Source: Gnetum montanum (taxonomy: Eukaryota; Plantae; Gnetophyta). From it: a DNA stretch of 64,000 bases. A model generated the notes under the pieces. It had not been told where the DNA came from and did no database searches. It saw nothing but the letters and a program-made list of their open reading frames with translations. How positions within the stretch are numbered: position 1 is the stretch's first letter; every line of letters begins with the position of its first letter. The stretch spans positions 25,868 to 89,867 of the forward strand of contig MNCI01001713.1 of the NCBI GenBank assembly GCA_015680685.1, read 5' to 3'. The translations under genes and the position numbers were made by a program. Positions 63,701 to 64,000 of the stretch are shown here, piece by piece.

Positions 63701-64000
63701 ACATAGAGAAGAAATTGCAATGACACCAAATCTACTCCAAGTGGTACATAATTTAGATGCAATAGTAGCCCAAGCTCCTTCATTAAAAGAAAGTCAGCAT
63801 GGGCTAATTTGCTTAAGCATATTTTTTTTTGAAATTGTAATATGATTGTAATTTCAGTATTTACTATGCTTGCATCATTTCTTCCAAATTTGTTGTAAAA
63901 TTGGAGAACTAAGAATAAACATGGTTTAAGGAAAAAGAAAATAGTGAAGAAAGTTATTAAAAGACCAACTATTATCATTCATAGATTTTATTTTCATAAG

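Overview
AT-rich land-plant nuclear DNA from a draft scaffold with several N gaps. The organism cannot be identified; the long TE-filled introns and divergent proteins could fit a non-flowering vascular plant, but that is inference. Four protein genes were reconstructed by hand. (1) MED28 (+, 3 exons, 6.1-kb intron). (2) A divergent, probably plastid-targeted FAX/Tmemb_14-like gene (-, 3 exons, 13.4-kb first intron holding a LINE, a solo LTR, a copia derivative and a 5S-derived element). (3) An At1g54920-like synergin-gamma/aftiphilin-like gene (-, 6 exons). (4) A non-RD LRR-XII-type receptor kinase (-) whose kinase domain is interrupted by the 3' end of a Tat-type Gypsy element. Most of the rest is LTR-retrotransposon debris, dominated by an Athila-like family (TGATGA...TCATCA LTRs, tRNA-Asp PBS). 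Two observations stand out. First, a full-length degenerate 5S rRNA copy is fused to the body of an Au-like SINE whose normal tRNA-headed form is also in the window: a candidate plant 5S-driven SINE (SINE3) or a template-switch chimera. Second, the insertion in the receptor kinase is bounded by GT...AG at positions where splicing would restore the reading frame exactly. All alignments were done by eye; no searches were run.
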